Positions 26,501 to 35,929 of a stretch of DNA of 64,000 bases are shown here, piece after piece. Made by a program: the position numbers and the translations under genes. Position 1 is the first letter of the stretch; each line of letters begins with the position of its first letter. Source of the DNA: an uncultured delta proteobacterium. GTDB lineage: Bacteria > Desulfobacterota > Binatia > DP-6. The DNA is taken from NCBI GenBank assembly GCA_963815115.1, contig CAWFFN010000009.1:32001-96000 (forward strand). Direction: 5' to 3'. Under the pieces are notes generated by a model. That model did not search any database and was not told the origin of the DNA. It was given only the letters and a program-made list of their open reading frames with translations.

Positions 26501-27351
26501 TTGCGTCCGCCCGTTTCCAGCGTGTAGTCGAGCGCGCCGCCGAACTCCCCCCGGAGCTCGCTCCACCCCACATCGGGCACGTACACGCGGGTGCGGCGGA
26601 GCGGCAGCCGGCGAGCTTTCAGGTGCGAGGTCAGCGCGAAGCCGCCGTCGTCGCGCGGCAGCAGGGTGGCGTCGAGCACGAATCGCCCCTCGTCGACTCC
26701 CGCACGCAGCAACACGTGCGCCGGGCCGCCGTACACGTCGGGCCGGAAGGCGATGTCCTTCACCTCGAAGCTGCCGAGCGACAGCTCGATCGGCTCCACG
26801 TCGGCGATCGTCAGGTCGCGGAAGCGCACGCCGCCGTCGCTCAGCACGATGCGGTCGACGCCGAATCCCCAACCCGGCTTCGCCGGCGCTTTTTCCTTGG
26901 TGCCGGCCGGTTGCTCGGGGACGGGCTCGGTCGAGCTGGCGGGCACCAGGCCCATCAGGTTGATCTCGCCGTCCTGCAGGCGGTCGACCGCCACCCGCGG
27001 CGATTCGAGGACGACTTCCCGGAGCTGGATCGTCTTGCGCAGGAGTGGCAGCCAGCGGACGGCCGTTTCGAAACGCTTCCACGCGACGAGCGGCGGGTCG
27101 CCCGTGTCGTGCTCGGGGGACCAGCCGGTGGGATGCACGGTGACGTCGTCCAGCGCGATGCCGGCGCGGTAGAGCGCGAGGTCGACGTCGCCGATGTCCA
27201 CCCGGGCATTGACCGCTTTCGAGGCCTGCGAGGCGAGGATCGGACGCAGGGCATATGGCAGGACCACGCGCAGCACGAGGACCGCTCCCAGCACGGCGAG
27301 CCACAGACGCCGGGAGCGGAGACGGGCCGGCCATGCGAAGCGGCGTGCCAT
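23503..27351 (-). CDS. DUF748 (AsmA-like) large envelope protein with internal repeats and a C-terminal OmpA-like region
   Basis: N-terminal anchor; beta-rich DUF748-like segments (ALALLRDLQGDIKLDIPVEG); ITFRLGRDEL...LAAARLGRV. Confidence 0.8.
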   Translation of the reverse strand: MARRFAWPARLRSRRLWLAVLGAVLVLRVVLPYALRPILASQASKAVNARVDIGDVDLALYRAGIALDDVTVHPTGWSPEHDTGDPPLVAWKRFETAVRWLPLLRKTIQLREVVLESPRVAVDRLQDGEINLMGLVPASSTEPVPEQPAGTKEKAPAKPGWGFGVDRIVLSDGGVRFRDLTIADVEPIELSLGSFEVKDIAFRPDVYGGPAHVLLRAGVDEGRFVLDATLLPRDDGGFALTSHLKARRLPLRRTRVYVPDVGWSELRGEFGGALDYTLETGGRNEVRGQVTVDGLTLDVPVLNGPALAWKRLAVRVDPIDLAGHRAVVRVVDLEGSYLVTRARGGVVFPFIERVVTGKSPNARSGQQVPDAATPPPPAPPPAQATAETTPWQWSVGLIRVWDSLLHVISPDATFDAGCTLTARNVRSEGEDPAAILLVLTLGDGGTITLDGKAHIQPVGFDGSVRAEHVALPDIVATAGAFPPGVVQSALLGTDLGIAAGVLAPTRGDVVVKGTIAFDDAQLAGAGGPTTEFGAKRLEFGIGQLVLPGALPASGPPATADARLTGGTVTLQDMRVARTQPTKIDLRAGSLDAGIDEMTLPGVGTPPPDGGSLRLRGKLAVGDLLVGDAGGSALDVGIRKLDFAAGDFVLPGLLATDHTKVTAPMRLAKAKLSVAEPRVTGAQPSTLDVQARGFDLGIGELLVPGAMGGAPGDVRLRDARLTIAEPRVDEERAGKLDVRARGVDVTLDDLVAPGPGAPGFGSGALRLKGRLAFAEPAVAGADPKEFAVGARAITVGIDDLAAQGPAGGPTRVSLGEVTLASPRVQVTRVAEGLLLPSFGSPSPPPPVAVTAANETAPAHAPPPAPAASPPPPPAPAPAAGGSAPPGLELDVDRFRLTDGKIGVTDRTVRPFYNGGLTALDIDITKLRWPAMTASQLRVAATSARKGKIVITGALTPSGGTVQIDGREIPLQQFNPYATTFSSYSIRRGRLDLTTKASFGKGKYDTASTVTLHDFDLGSRAGDSLFKEQFGIPITMALALLRDLQGDIKLDIPVEGDEQGMHIGYFTIIAGALRRALMGALTSPLKLVGAIFSGDKVPSAPAPITFRLGRDELTEEGAKQIGQLAKFLGDRPGLGVALETTPTAADVRWMREHALLQELGAPQGVIGFMKNLPKRGMRDRIRDALAAHEEGKKDELDADDAKTLEEWLGQRPAPTAQRIQQLAAARLGRVEGLLREQHGIAAQRIVRRPAAPASAPAESQGDSAPTVEIELGSVTDLAHPEPAS

Positions 27352-27401
27352 GGACGCGTCCGGGTCGCTGATGCCCCTTCACTAACAGTCAATTCACGCC
27401 C

Positions 27402-27440
27402 TTGACAGGCAGGGGCCAGAATTGTACTGAACGGTCGGTA
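27402..27440 (+). promoter_or_regulatory. tetR promoter with an overlapping palindromic operator
   Basis: TTGACA at 27402; imperfect palindrome TACTGAACGGTCGGTA at 27425-27440 covers the -10 and the start codon. Confidence 0.6.
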
Positions 27441-28072
27441 TGTCGTCCCGCGAGGGGGTCCCGACGGCCGCGGCACCGCGCCGTCAGATGCTGGCGGCCG
27501 CCATCGATTGCTTCGCCCGCCACGGCTATCAGGGCACCTCGATCGCACGCATCGCGCGCGAGGCAGGCGTCACCAAGGGCGCGCTCTACTATCACTTCCG
27601 GGACAAGGAAGACCTGCTCTTCGCGGCGGTCACGGAGCGGGTCGGCGAGTTCGAGCGCAAGGTCCTGCGCGACGTCGGTCCGTCTCGCGATGCGCTGACC
27701 ACGCTGCGCCGGGTGGTGGACGCGTGCTTCTTCCACGCCACGGTCTCCAACCACCGCCGCTTCATCATCACGCTCATGGTGGAAGCGCTCGACACCAACC
27801 CGCGGCTGTCGGAGGAGTTTCGCCGCATCCTGCGCGGGATGCGTTCCTTCCTGGCCGAGGTCGTTCGCCGCGGCCAGCACGAGGGATCGCTGCGCGCCGA
27901 CGTCGACGCCGAGGCGGCCGCCGCGATGATCGCGGGTGGCATCATGGGCGCGGAGATCCAGCACTACCAGGACCCCGACGAGATCGACCTGCGCGCGGTT
28001 CTCGACACGCTCGTGGAGCAGCTGGCCGGCTGGCTGGCGCCCTCCCGTCGCGGGGCGAAGCCGGCAGCCTGA
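27440..28072 (+). CDS. TetR/AcrR family transcriptional regulator
   Basis: HTH IAREAGVTKGALYYHFRDKEDL. Confidence 0.95.
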   Translation: MSSREGVPTAAAPRRQMLAAAIDCFARHGYQGTSIARIAREAGVTKGALYYHFRDKEDLLFAAVTERVGEFERKVLRDVGPSRDALTTLRRVVDACFFHATVSNHRRFIITLMVEALDTNPRLSEEFRRILRGMRSFLAEVVRRGQHEGSLRADVDAEAAAAMIAGGIMGAEIQHYQDPDEIDLRAVLDTLVEQLAGWLAPSRRGAKPAA

Positions 28073-28086
28073 GGAGGCAACGCACG

Positions 28087-29178
28087 ATGGTGAACTTCAG
28101 CCCCAGCGAGGACCAGGAGCTCCTCCGCCAGACCCTGGCGGATTTCGCGCGCGAGGCAGTACGGCCGCACCTGCGCGAATCCGACGAGAAGAGCGTGACG
28201 CCGCCCGAGCTTGCCGCCAAGGCGTGGGAGCTGGGTCTGGTGCAGGAGAGCATCCCCGAGGCACAGGGCGGCTTCGGCGGCACGCGCTCCGCGGTGAGCG
28301 GGACGCTGGTGCTCGAGGAGCTCGCATACGGGGGCCTTGCCCTGGCGCTCCACCTGGTGTCGCCGCGCCTGGTGACCGTGCCGCTGCTGGTGGCGGGCAC
28401 CGAGGCGCAGCGCGCGCAGTGGCTCCCGAAGTTCTCCGGTGCGGAGTTCACCGCCGGCACCGCGGCCATCGTCGAGCCGCGCTGGGACTTCGATACCTCG
28501 AATCCGGCGACCCGCGCCGAGCGCAACGGCGGCGACTGGGTGCTGACGGGCGAGAAGTGCTTCGTGCCGCTGGCGGATCGCGCCGAGGTGGTGCTGGTGT
28601 ACGCCGCCACCGGCGACGGGCTGGCAGCGTTCCTGGTCGAGCGCGGAGCCAAGGGGCTCGGCGTGGGCGAGCGCGAGAAGAACATGGGTGTGAAGGCGCT
28701 CGAGACGTTTCCCGTCACGCTGGACGGCGTCCGCGTTCCCGCCGCCGCCCGGCTCGGTGGCGATGGCGCCGACCTGAGGCCGTTGCTCGACGCGAGCCGC
28801 GTCGCGACCGCCGCGGCCGCGGTGGGCGTGGCCCGGGCGGCGTTCGACTACGCTCGCGAGTACGCCAAGGAGCGCAAGGCGTTCGGCGTGGCGATCGCGC
28901 AGAAGCAGGCGATCGCGTTCATGCTGTCGAACATGGCGATCGAGATCGACTCCATGCGGCTGCTCACCTGGGAGGCGGCCTGGCGGCTCGACAAGGGGCT
29001 GCCGGCCACGCGCGAGGCCGTCCTCGCCCGGCAGTACGCGGCGGACCAGGTGCTCAAGATCGCCGACAACGCGCTCCAGGTGCTGGGTGGCCACGGCTAC
29101 ATCCGTGACCATCTCGTGGAGCTCTTCCTGCGCGACGCGCGCGGCTTCGCCGTCATCGACGGCCTGGCCATCGTCTGA
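28087..29178 (+). CDS. Acyl-CoA dehydrogenase family protein
   Basis: GGAGG RBS; ERKAFG..IAQKQAI, QVLGGHGYI; lacks the C-terminal YEG glutamate. Confidence 0.92.
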   Translation: MVNFSPSEDQELLRQTLADFAREAVRPHLRESDEKSVTPPELAAKAWELGLVQESIPEAQGGFGGTRSAVSGTLVLEELAYGGLALALHLVSPRLVTVPLLVAGTEAQRAQWLPKFSGAEFTAGTAAIVEPRWDFDTSNPATRAERNGGDWVLTGEKCFVPLADRAEVVLVYAATGDGLAAFLVERGAKGLGVGEREKNMGVKALETFPVTLDGVRVPAAARLGGDGADLRPLLDASRVATAAAAVGVARAAFDYAREYAKERKAFGVAIAQKQAIAFMLSNMAIEIDSMRLLTWEAAWRLDKGLPATREAVLARQYAADQVLKIADNALQVLGGHGYIRDHLVELFLRDARGFAVIDGLAIV

Positions 29179-29195
29179 GACGAGGAGACACGATC

Positions 29196-30428
29196 ATGAT
29201 CGACTTCGAGCTGTCCGACTCCACCCGCAACGCCCGCAAGATGACCCACATGGTCGCCGAGCAGATGATGCGGCCCATCTCGCGGCACTGCGACGAGAAC
29301 GAGCACGAGAAGCCGTGGGATTTCATCAACACGATGTGGAGCGTCTCCAAGTCCACGTCGATGACCGGCAGCAGCACCGACGGCAAGGACAAGGAGGCGA
29401 AGAGAGCATCCTCCGAGGGCCGCACGCTGGCCATGGTGATCGCCGTCGAGGAGCTGTGCTGGGGCGACGTGGGACTGTACCTCTCGATCCCGAATCCGGG
29501 TCTGGGCGGCGCCGCGGTCGCGGCGGCGGGCACCGCCGAGCAGAAGGAGCGCTTCCTCTCGCGCTTCAAGGGCGAGAAGCCCACCTGGGGCGCGATGGCC
29601 ATCACCGAGCCGAGCGCCGGCTCCGATTCGGCCGCCATCCAGGCCACCGCGAAGCGCGACGGCGACCACTGGGTGCTGAATGGCACGAAGATCTTCTGCA
29701 CCAGCGGCCTGATGGCGGCGGAGAAGTCGGAGGGCTTCGTGGTGGTGTGGGCGTCGCTCGACCGCTCGGCCGGCCGCGCCGGCATCCGCGCGTTCGTCGT
29801 CGACGCGGGAACGCCCGGCATGTACGTGACCAAGGTCGAGGACAAGCTCGGCATCCGCGCCTCCGACACGGCGACGATCGTGCTGGAGGATTGCCGCATC
29901 CCGCTCGACAACCTCCTGGGCTCGGCCGAGGTCCCCAAGGCCAGCCAGGGCTTCAAGGGCGTCATGGCCACGTTCGACGCCACCCGCCCGATCGTGGCGG
30001 CCAGCGCGCTCGGCGTCGCGCGCGCGGCGCTCGACTTCGTGCGCGACACGCTGAAGGAGCGCGGCATCGAGGTCCGCTACGGCGCGCCGCCGCAGACGCT
30101 GACCGCGCTCGAGCGCGACTTCATGGAGATGGAAGCGCAGGTGCAGGCGGCCCGCCTGCTCACCTGGCGCGCGGCCTGGATGATCGACAACGGCATCAAG
30201 AACAACCTCGAGGCCTCGATGTGCAAGGCGAAGGCCGGCCTCGTGGTGACCTGGGTCACGCAGAAGGCCGTCGAGCTGCTCGGTCCACTGGGCTACTCGC
30301 GCTCGCTCCTGGTCGAGAAGTGGATGCGCGACGCGAAGATCAGCGACATCTACGAGGGCACGCAGCAGATCAACCAGCTCATCATCGCGCGGCGGATCCT
30401 CGGGTACTCGTCGGAGGCGCTCCGCTAG
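29196..30428 (+). CDS. Acyl-CoA dehydrogenase
   Basis: AITEPSAGSD, NGTKIFCT, KLGIRASDT, IYEGTQQI. Confidence 0.95.
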   Translation: MIDFELSDSTRNARKMTHMVAEQMMRPISRHCDENEHEKPWDFINTMWSVSKSTSMTGSSTDGKDKEAKRASSEGRTLAMVIAVEELCWGDVGLYLSIPNPGLGGAAVAAAGTAEQKERFLSRFKGEKPTWGAMAITEPSAGSDSAAIQATAKRDGDHWVLNGTKIFCTSGLMAAEKSEGFVVVWASLDRSAGRAGIRAFVVDAGTPGMYVTKVEDKLGIRASDTATIVLEDCRIPLDNLLGSAEVPKASQGFKGVMATFDATRPIVAASALGVARAALDFVRDTLKERGIEVRYGAPPQTLTALERDFMEMEAQVQAARLLTWRAAWMIDNGIKNNLEASMCKAKAGLVVTWVTQKAVELLGPLGYSRSLLVEKWMRDAKISDIYEGTQQINQLIIARRILGYSSEALR

Positions 30429-30452
30429 CCGGGAGATCGGGGCGGCCATCGC

Positions 30453-31787
30453 GTGCTCGACGACCTGTCCCGCGCGCTGTCTCGCGTTCCGGACTACCCG
30501 GAGTTCTTCACCCTCGACGAGCTGCGCGCGCGCGCCCGCGCGCTGGTGGCGCAGTTTCCCGGCGTGGCGCGGCTCGAGACCGTCGGTGCCTCGTCGGAGG
30601 GCCGGCCGATCGAGCTGCTCACCGTCGGGCACGGGCGCCGTCCCGTGCTGCTGGTCGGCGTGCCGCATCCGAACGAGCCGATCGGCACCCTGACCGTCGA
30701 CTTCCTCACCCGCCTGCTGTGCGAGGACGAGGAGCTCCGGGCTCGACTGGACGTCACGCTGTACGCCGTGCCGGTCTCGGACCCCGACGGGCTCGTGCTC
30801 AACGAGGGCTGGATGAAGGGGACGTTCTCTCCCCTGCGCTACGCGCTCGAGTTCTACCGGCCGCCGCATCGCGAGCAGGTGGAGTGGAGCTTCCCGGTCG
30901 ACTACAAGACGCTGCGCTTCACCACGCCGACGCCCGAGACGGCGGCCGTGATGCGCGTCATGGAGCGGGTGCGGCCGCAGGTGTTCTACTCGCTGCACAA
31001 CGCGGGGTTCTGCGGAGTCTACTTCTACGTCTCGCACGAGCGCCCCGCGCTCTTCACCGCCCTGCACGGGCTCGTCGCCGGCCAGGGGCTGCCGCTCCAT
31101 CGTGGCGAGCCCGAGGTCCCGTATCTGAAGACGCTGGCGCCGGCGGTCTACGAGCTGTTCTCGATCGAGGACACCTACGAGTACCTCGCTCGCACGCTCG
31201 ACGAGGACCCGGCGGCGATCATCGAGGCCGGCACCTGCGCGGACGACTGGCTGAAGCGCGTGTGCGACGCGTTCTCGATCGTGTGCGAGCTGCCCTACTA
31301 CACCGCGCCGGCCCTCGAGGACACGTCGCCCGCGGAGATGACCCGGCGCGAGGCCGTGCTCGCCGGTACCGCCCGCGGGCTCGCGCTGCACGGCGAGAGC
31401 GCCGCCTTCTTCGAGCGCATCGTCGGCCGCGTGCCGGACCATCGCCTGACCCGCTCGGTGCGCGACTACCTGGCCAAGGCGCCGAAGCGCCTGGCGGCGG
31501 AACGCGCCAACGCCCAGGCACCGGCGTACGCACGAACTGCCACGCGTGCCGAGGCGATGGACGCGACCGTGTGCAGCGTCTTCTACCACACGCTCTACCT
31601 GGGCGAGGTGTACCGGCTGGCACGCATGGTCGCCGCGGCCGACGTCGCCGACGCGGTGCGCGCTCGGCTCGCCGTGCTGACGGCCGAGGTCGAGCGCGAG
31701 AGCGCGCTGCGGACGTTGCCGCTGCGTCCCCTGGTCACGGTCCAGGCGGGCGCCGGGCTGCTCGCCCTGACGACGGGCGAGGACTGA
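30453..31787 (+). CDS. M14 family zinc carboxypeptidase
   Basis: GASSEGRPI, HPNE (HxxE), DPDG, YSLHN. Confidence 0.85.
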   Translation: MLDDLSRALSRVPDYPEFFTLDELRARARALVAQFPGVARLETVGASSEGRPIELLTVGHGRRPVLLVGVPHPNEPIGTLTVDFLTRLLCEDEELRARLDVTLYAVPVSDPDGLVLNEGWMKGTFSPLRYALEFYRPPHREQVEWSFPVDYKTLRFTTPTPETAAVMRVMERVRPQVFYSLHNAGFCGVYFYVSHERPALFTALHGLVAGQGLPLHRGEPEVPYLKTLAPAVYELFSIEDTYEYLARTLDEDPAAIIEAGTCADDWLKRVCDAFSIVCELPYYTAPALEDTSPAEMTRREAVLAGTARGLALHGESAAFFERIVGRVPDHRLTRSVRDYLAKAPKRLAAERANAQAPAYARTATRAEAMDATVCSVFYHTLYLGEVYRLARMVAAADVADAVRARLAVLTAEVERESALRTLPLRPLVTVQAGAGLLALTTGED

Positions 31788-31930
31788 GTCGACGCGCAGG
31801 GAACCCGCGCGGCTTCATATGGCGGAGGTTTCAGTGCCGTCGGCCCGACGTATTGGACGGCCGGGCCGGCCGGCCCGTATGGTCCATCCTGCGATCGCTT
31901 TGCGCGGCGCACGCCAGGAGAGGAGAAAGC

Positions 31931-33352
31931 ATGCGTTCCAGTAGCACGAAGCGCCCCCGGGGGATGATGATCGTGACCACGGGCCTCACCTTGGGGCTGA
32001 TCCTGGCGACGCTGGCGCCGCCGGCGATGTCGGCCGAGGTCGCGGTCGAGTTCCAGCGGCTCGACGGCTTCGTGTCGCCGGGCACTCCGGCCGAGCTCAA
32101 CAAGGTCGGGGTTCTGAAGGTGGGTCCGCCACGCGCGCGCAACGTGCTCGTGCTCAATCCCGGGACGTCGGCCAGCGCCGCCTACTTCGCGCCGCTCGCC
32201 AAGACCATCGTGGCCAGGGCGAAGGGCTGGCAGGTGTGGGCCGTCGAGCGCCGGGAGAACCTGCTCGAGGATCACACCGTGCTCGACCGGGCCAAGCAAG
32301 GAATGGCCACCGGGCAGGAACTCTTCGACTACTACCTCGGCTGGCTCAGCGACCCGAGCATCACGAACCACATCCAGTTCATCCCGGACGCCGACGTCGC
32401 GTACGCGCGGCAGTGGGGCATGAACGTCGAGATCGAGGACCTTCGCCGCGTGGTCAAGCTGGCGCGGAAGGGCGGCCGGAAGGTCGTCCTGGGAGGCCAC
32501 TCGCTGGGTGGCTCGATCACCGCGGCCTACGCCACGTGGGACTTCGACGGGAAGCCCGGCGCCAAGGGGCTCTCCGGTCTGGTGTTCATCGACGGTGGCA
32601 GCAGCCCGAGCCCGGTGACGCCGGAGAGAGCGACCGAATCGCTCCAGGCGCTGGAGAACGGATCGCCGTGGCTGAGCTTCGGTGGCATCCCCGCACCCTT
32701 GGCGGGTCTCTTCAGCGCCAGCGGCTCGCTCGGCGCCCTGCTCGACCCGGACTCTCCCTCGCTCGGTCAGGCATGGCCGCTGCTGCCGGCCAATCTGAAG
32801 CCCCCCGTCCGGGTCACCAACCTGGCGCAATACGGATACGCGCTGGACACCGAGACCTCGCCCCCCTCCCTGATCGCGGCCCAGGGGCACCTCGGCCACC
32901 TCGCCGCGAGCGGCAACCCGCGCGGCTGGGATCAGGCGGGCGAGATCACACCCATCCAGCGCTTTGCCGAGATGTTCTCGGGAATCGGCTTGCCGAGCCT
33001 GGACGGCACCGCGTGGTATCACCCGATGCGTCTGACGATCGACTCCGGTGCAATCGCGGCCGGCAACCCGAACCCGGCGCAGAGCATCCTCGACGTCCAT
33101 GCGACCCACGGGCACGACCTGCCGAAGAAGCTTCGCATCTATGCGTTCGGGGCGGCGCTCGGCGGTCAGAGGGTCCTCGACGCGGCGACCATCCTCGCCG
33201 GCCAGTCGGGCATTCCCGAGCGTCACCTGACGCTGATCGATCGCCACGAGACCTACGCCCACAACGATCCAAATTCCGCCAGCCCGCAGAACGACTTCGT
33301 CGACGGCCTGGTGCCGTTCCTGACCAGGATCAGGCGGGGCGGGCGCGGCTAG
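31931..33352 (+). CDS. Secreted alpha/beta hydrolase
   Basis: AGGAG RBS, signal peptide, GHSLG nucleophile elbow, YAHND. Confidence 0.82.
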   Translation: MRSSSTKRPRGMMIVTTGLTLGLILATLAPPAMSAEVAVEFQRLDGFVSPGTPAELNKVGVLKVGPPRARNVLVLNPGTSASAAYFAPLAKTIVARAKGWQVWAVERRENLLEDHTVLDRAKQGMATGQELFDYYLGWLSDPSITNHIQFIPDADVAYARQWGMNVEIEDLRRVVKLARKGGRKVVLGGHSLGGSITAAYATWDFDGKPGAKGLSGLVFIDGGSSPSPVTPERATESLQALENGSPWLSFGGIPAPLAGLFSASGSLGALLDPDSPSLGQAWPLLPANLKPPVRVTNLAQYGYALDTETSPPSLIAAQGHLGHLAASGNPRGWDQAGEITPIQRFAEMFSGIGLPSLDGTAWYHPMRLTIDSGAIAAGNPNPAQSILDVHATHGHDLPKKLRIYAFGAALGGQRVLDAATILAGQSGIPERHLTLIDRHETYAHNDPNSASPQNDFVDGLVPFLTRIRRGGRG

Positions 33353-33357
33353 GAGAG

Positions 33358-33457
33358 CGACCCGAGACTTCGTCTCGGGTCGAGACGGAGGGCGGGAATG
33401 GACTGCATGAACAATGCGAACGTCGTGCCGCGGCCGGCGTAGCCGGCGCGGCAAACG
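33358..33457 (+). repeat. Two-hairpin REP-like element, copy A
   Basis: CGACCCGAGAC-TTC-GTCTCGGGTCG and TGCCGC-G-GCCGGC-GTA-GCCGGC-GCGGCA; homologous to 46358-46472 and 46535-46631. Confidence 0.8.
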
Positions 33458-33633
33458 TTCCGGAGTGCGACTCTGGAGCTGAGAACGGCATGCGTGTGGG
33501 CCGGTCAGCACCCATTGGGATGGAGCATCTCGAGCTCGACGTACGGGCCGGCGCGGAGGCTCGCCGGTGACGGCGCACGGGTCGGCGCCGCTGGACGGCC
33601 TATCGGGGCTCGGTTATCGTCCGCGCCTCGCGG

Positions 33634-35880
33634 ATGGAGTACCGCCCGAAGCCTCGCGATACCTCGGCGGTGACCCTGCCGGAGGGGCTCAAGCAGCTGA
33701 CCGAGCAGCTTGCCGAGCAGGCGCACGAGACGTGGGCCGAGCGGCGGATGCGGGAGGGCTGGCAGTACGGGTCCGCCCGAGACGATGAGCTGAAGCGGCA
33801 CCCCGATCTCGTTCCCTACGGCGAGCTACCCGAGTCGGAGAAGGAGTACGACCGTGCCGTCGCGCTCCACTCCGTGAAGACGGTGCTCGCGCTGGGATAT
33901 CGGATCGATCCGCCGGAGCGCCGGGATGCCGAGGAGGCCACGATCGAGCTCGCGCTCCGGCGCCTGCGCGGTGGCGAGCGCCTGGTAGTCTCCGACCTGA
34001 TCGGGCTCTGGCGCTCGGTGACGGACGCCGCCTCGCCGAGCTCACCCGAGGTCTTCGTCCTTCTCGCCAACCGGCTGCTCGCGCTGGACGAGCCACTGGT
34101 CGCCTACGACGTGGTCCACCACGGTCTCGAGCGCTTCCGCGATCACGTGCGATTGCGCCAGCTCCGTGCCGTCGCCCTCAAACGCAGCGGAGCAGCCGCA
34201 GCGGCGAATGCGATCGCCAGCGCGCTGGTTGCCGAGGACCACGCCGACGGCGAGACGCTCGGCATCCTGGCGAGCACGCACCGGGTTCTGGCGCGACAGG
34301 CGCGAACGCGACGCGAGCGCGATCAGGAGCTCGAAACGGCGCAGCTCGCCTACGAGCGGGGCTATCGGGTGGCGGTCGCGAATGGTGCCCTGGACGACGC
34401 GATCTATGCGGGCATCAACGCCGCCTCGGTCGCCTTCCTGCTCGGCCGCGAGCGCGCGGCGCAGGCGACCGCGGGCGAGGTTCAGCGGCACTGCGAGGCG
34501 CGCCTCGCAGACGGCGCAGACTACTGGGCCGAGGCATCCTTCGCCGAGGCGGCGCTCGTCCTCGGCGACCTGGAAACCGCCCGGAGCTGGTATGCGCGCG
34601 CTGCCGCGACCGGTCGCGGCCACTACGCCAACCTCACGGCCACGCGCCAGCAGGCACGCGAGCTCCTGCGCCACCGCGGCGACGATGAGCACGGCCTGGA
34701 TGTCTGCTTCGGCATACCGGTGGTGATCGCGTTCTCGGGCCACATGGTCGACGCGCCGAACCGCTGGCGGCCGCGCTTTCCCGCTGCGCTCGAGCCCCGG
34801 GTCGCGAGCGCCATCGAGGCGGCACTCGAACCGCACCCGGAGATCATCGCGTACGGGGGGGCCGCCGGCGGGGCCGACATTCTCTTCCTCGAGGCCGCCC
34901 TCGCCCGGGGAGGCCAGGTGAACGTGGTCATCCCCGGTCCGATCGAGAGGTACCGCGAGGAGAGCGTCCCGGCAGCGGGCTCCTGGCGCGCGCGTTTCGA
35001 TTGCATCCTCGAGCGCGCCGCCCATGTCGAGCTGGTGGATCGTCGCGGCCCCGCCGGTGATGCCAGCAGCTTCGAGTATGCCAACCTGATCACCGCGGGT
35101 CTCGCCAAGCTGCGCGCCGAGCAGCTCCACACCGACCTGCTCCCGCTCGCGGTGTGGGATGGGAGACCCGGCGACGGACCGGGCGGGACGGCGAGCGTGG
35201 TCGCGCAGTGGCGGGCGCACGGCCCCGAGCCCGAGGTGATCGATCTGCGGTCGATGCTGGCCGGGCTCGGCGCGGCGGCGAGGTCCGGCGGCGGTCGCAC
35301 GCCCGCCCGGCGGCGTGGGAGCACACCCTCCCGCCGGCGGCAGCGAATCCTCGCCATGCTGTTCGCGGACGTCGTCGGCTTCTCGACGCTGGACGACGAG
35401 CACATTCCCCGCTTCGTCGCGAAGCTCATGGGTGCCGTCGCCCGCCTCGGGCGCCGCCGCCCCGGCGCCGTGCTCTCGCGCAACACCTGGGGAGACGGTC
35501 TGTACTACGTGTTCCGCTCCGTCGCCGAGGCCGGGCGCTTCGCGCTCGACCTCCGCGACATGGTCGTCGCCACGGACTGGACGCGTCACGGGTTCCCGCA
35601 CGCCCTCAACCTGCGTATCGGCCTGCACGCCGGCCCGGTGTACGTGCTGCCCGACCCGGTGCTCGGGCGCAGGACCTACAGCGGAACCCACGTCAACTGG
35701 GCGGCCCGCATCGAGCCCATCACCGTGCCGGGACAGGTCTACGCCAGCCTTCCCTTCGCGGCCCTGGCGGCCGTGGAGGACGTACGCGCGTTCGCCTGCG
35801 AGTATGCCGGGATGATCCCGCTCGCCAAGAAGTTCGACACCGTCCCCGTGTACCGCGTGAGCCGGCATCGGGCGCGCTAG
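33634..35880 (+). CDS. RyR domain - TPR (TRAF-binding/TPR-S-like) - SLOG-like - class III nucleotide cyclase fusion
   Basis: AHETWAERRMREGWQYG...HPDLVPYGELPESEKEYD; ETLGILA, YAGINAA, DYWAEAS; AFSGH...GGAAGGAD; FADVVGFS, WGDG, RIGLHAGPV, VNWAARIE. Confidence 0.85.
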   Translation: MEYRPKPRDTSAVTLPEGLKQLTEQLAEQAHETWAERRMREGWQYGSARDDELKRHPDLVPYGELPESEKEYDRAVALHSVKTVLALGYRIDPPERRDAEEATIELALRRLRGGERLVVSDLIGLWRSVTDAASPSSPEVFVLLANRLLALDEPLVAYDVVHHGLERFRDHVRLRQLRAVALKRSGAAAAANAIASALVAEDHADGETLGILASTHRVLARQARTRRERDQELETAQLAYERGYRVAVANGALDDAIYAGINAASVAFLLGRERAAQATAGEVQRHCEARLADGADYWAEASFAEAALVLGDLETARSWYARAAATGRGHYANLTATRQQARELLRHRGDDEHGLDVCFGIPVVIAFSGHMVDAPNRWRPRFPAALEPRVASAIEAALEPHPEIIAYGGAAGGADILFLEAALARGGQVNVVIPGPIERYREESVPAAGSWRARFDCILERAAHVELVDRRGPAGDASSFEYANLITAGLAKLRAEQLHTDLLPLAVWDGRPGDGPGGTASVVAQWRAHGPEPEVIDLRSMLAGLGAAARSGGGRTPARRRGSTPSRRRQRILAMLFADVVGFSTLDDEHIPRFVAKLMGAVARLGRRRPGAVLSRNTWGDGLYYVFRSVAEAGRFALDLRDMVVATDWTRHGFPHALNLRIGLHAGPVYVLPDPVLGRRTYSGTHVNWAARIEPITVPGQVYASLPFAALAAVEDVRAFACEYAGMIPLAKKFDTVPVYRVSRHRAR

Positions 35881-35883
35881 CCT

Positions 35884-35913
35884 CGCCAAGAGAAGGCCCG
35901 CCAAGAGAAGGCC
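35884..35913. repeat. 15-bp tandem duplication (CGCCAAGAGAAGGCC x2, plus a degenerate third copy)
   Basis: Read directly in the intergenic gap. Confidence 0.8.
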
Positions 35914-35929
35914 CACCGGGAGAAGCGTC

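Noticed and set aside
23521-27405. Long antisense and alternate-frame ORFs (here and over the atp, sdh and cyclase genes)
   Set aside because: Shadow ORFs typical of high-GC DNA; Arg/Ala/Pro-rich with no motifs
29087-33352. 1421-aa ORF
   Set aside because: Off-frame read-through over two real genes; only the last 473 aa from the RBS-led ATG at 31931 look like protein
33358-33382. Hairpin as a Rho-independent terminator
   Set aside because: No U-tract; it belongs to the repeated two-hairpin element
35884-35913. 15-bp tandem repeat as a functional element
   Set aside because: Most simply a slippage duplication in a short spacer
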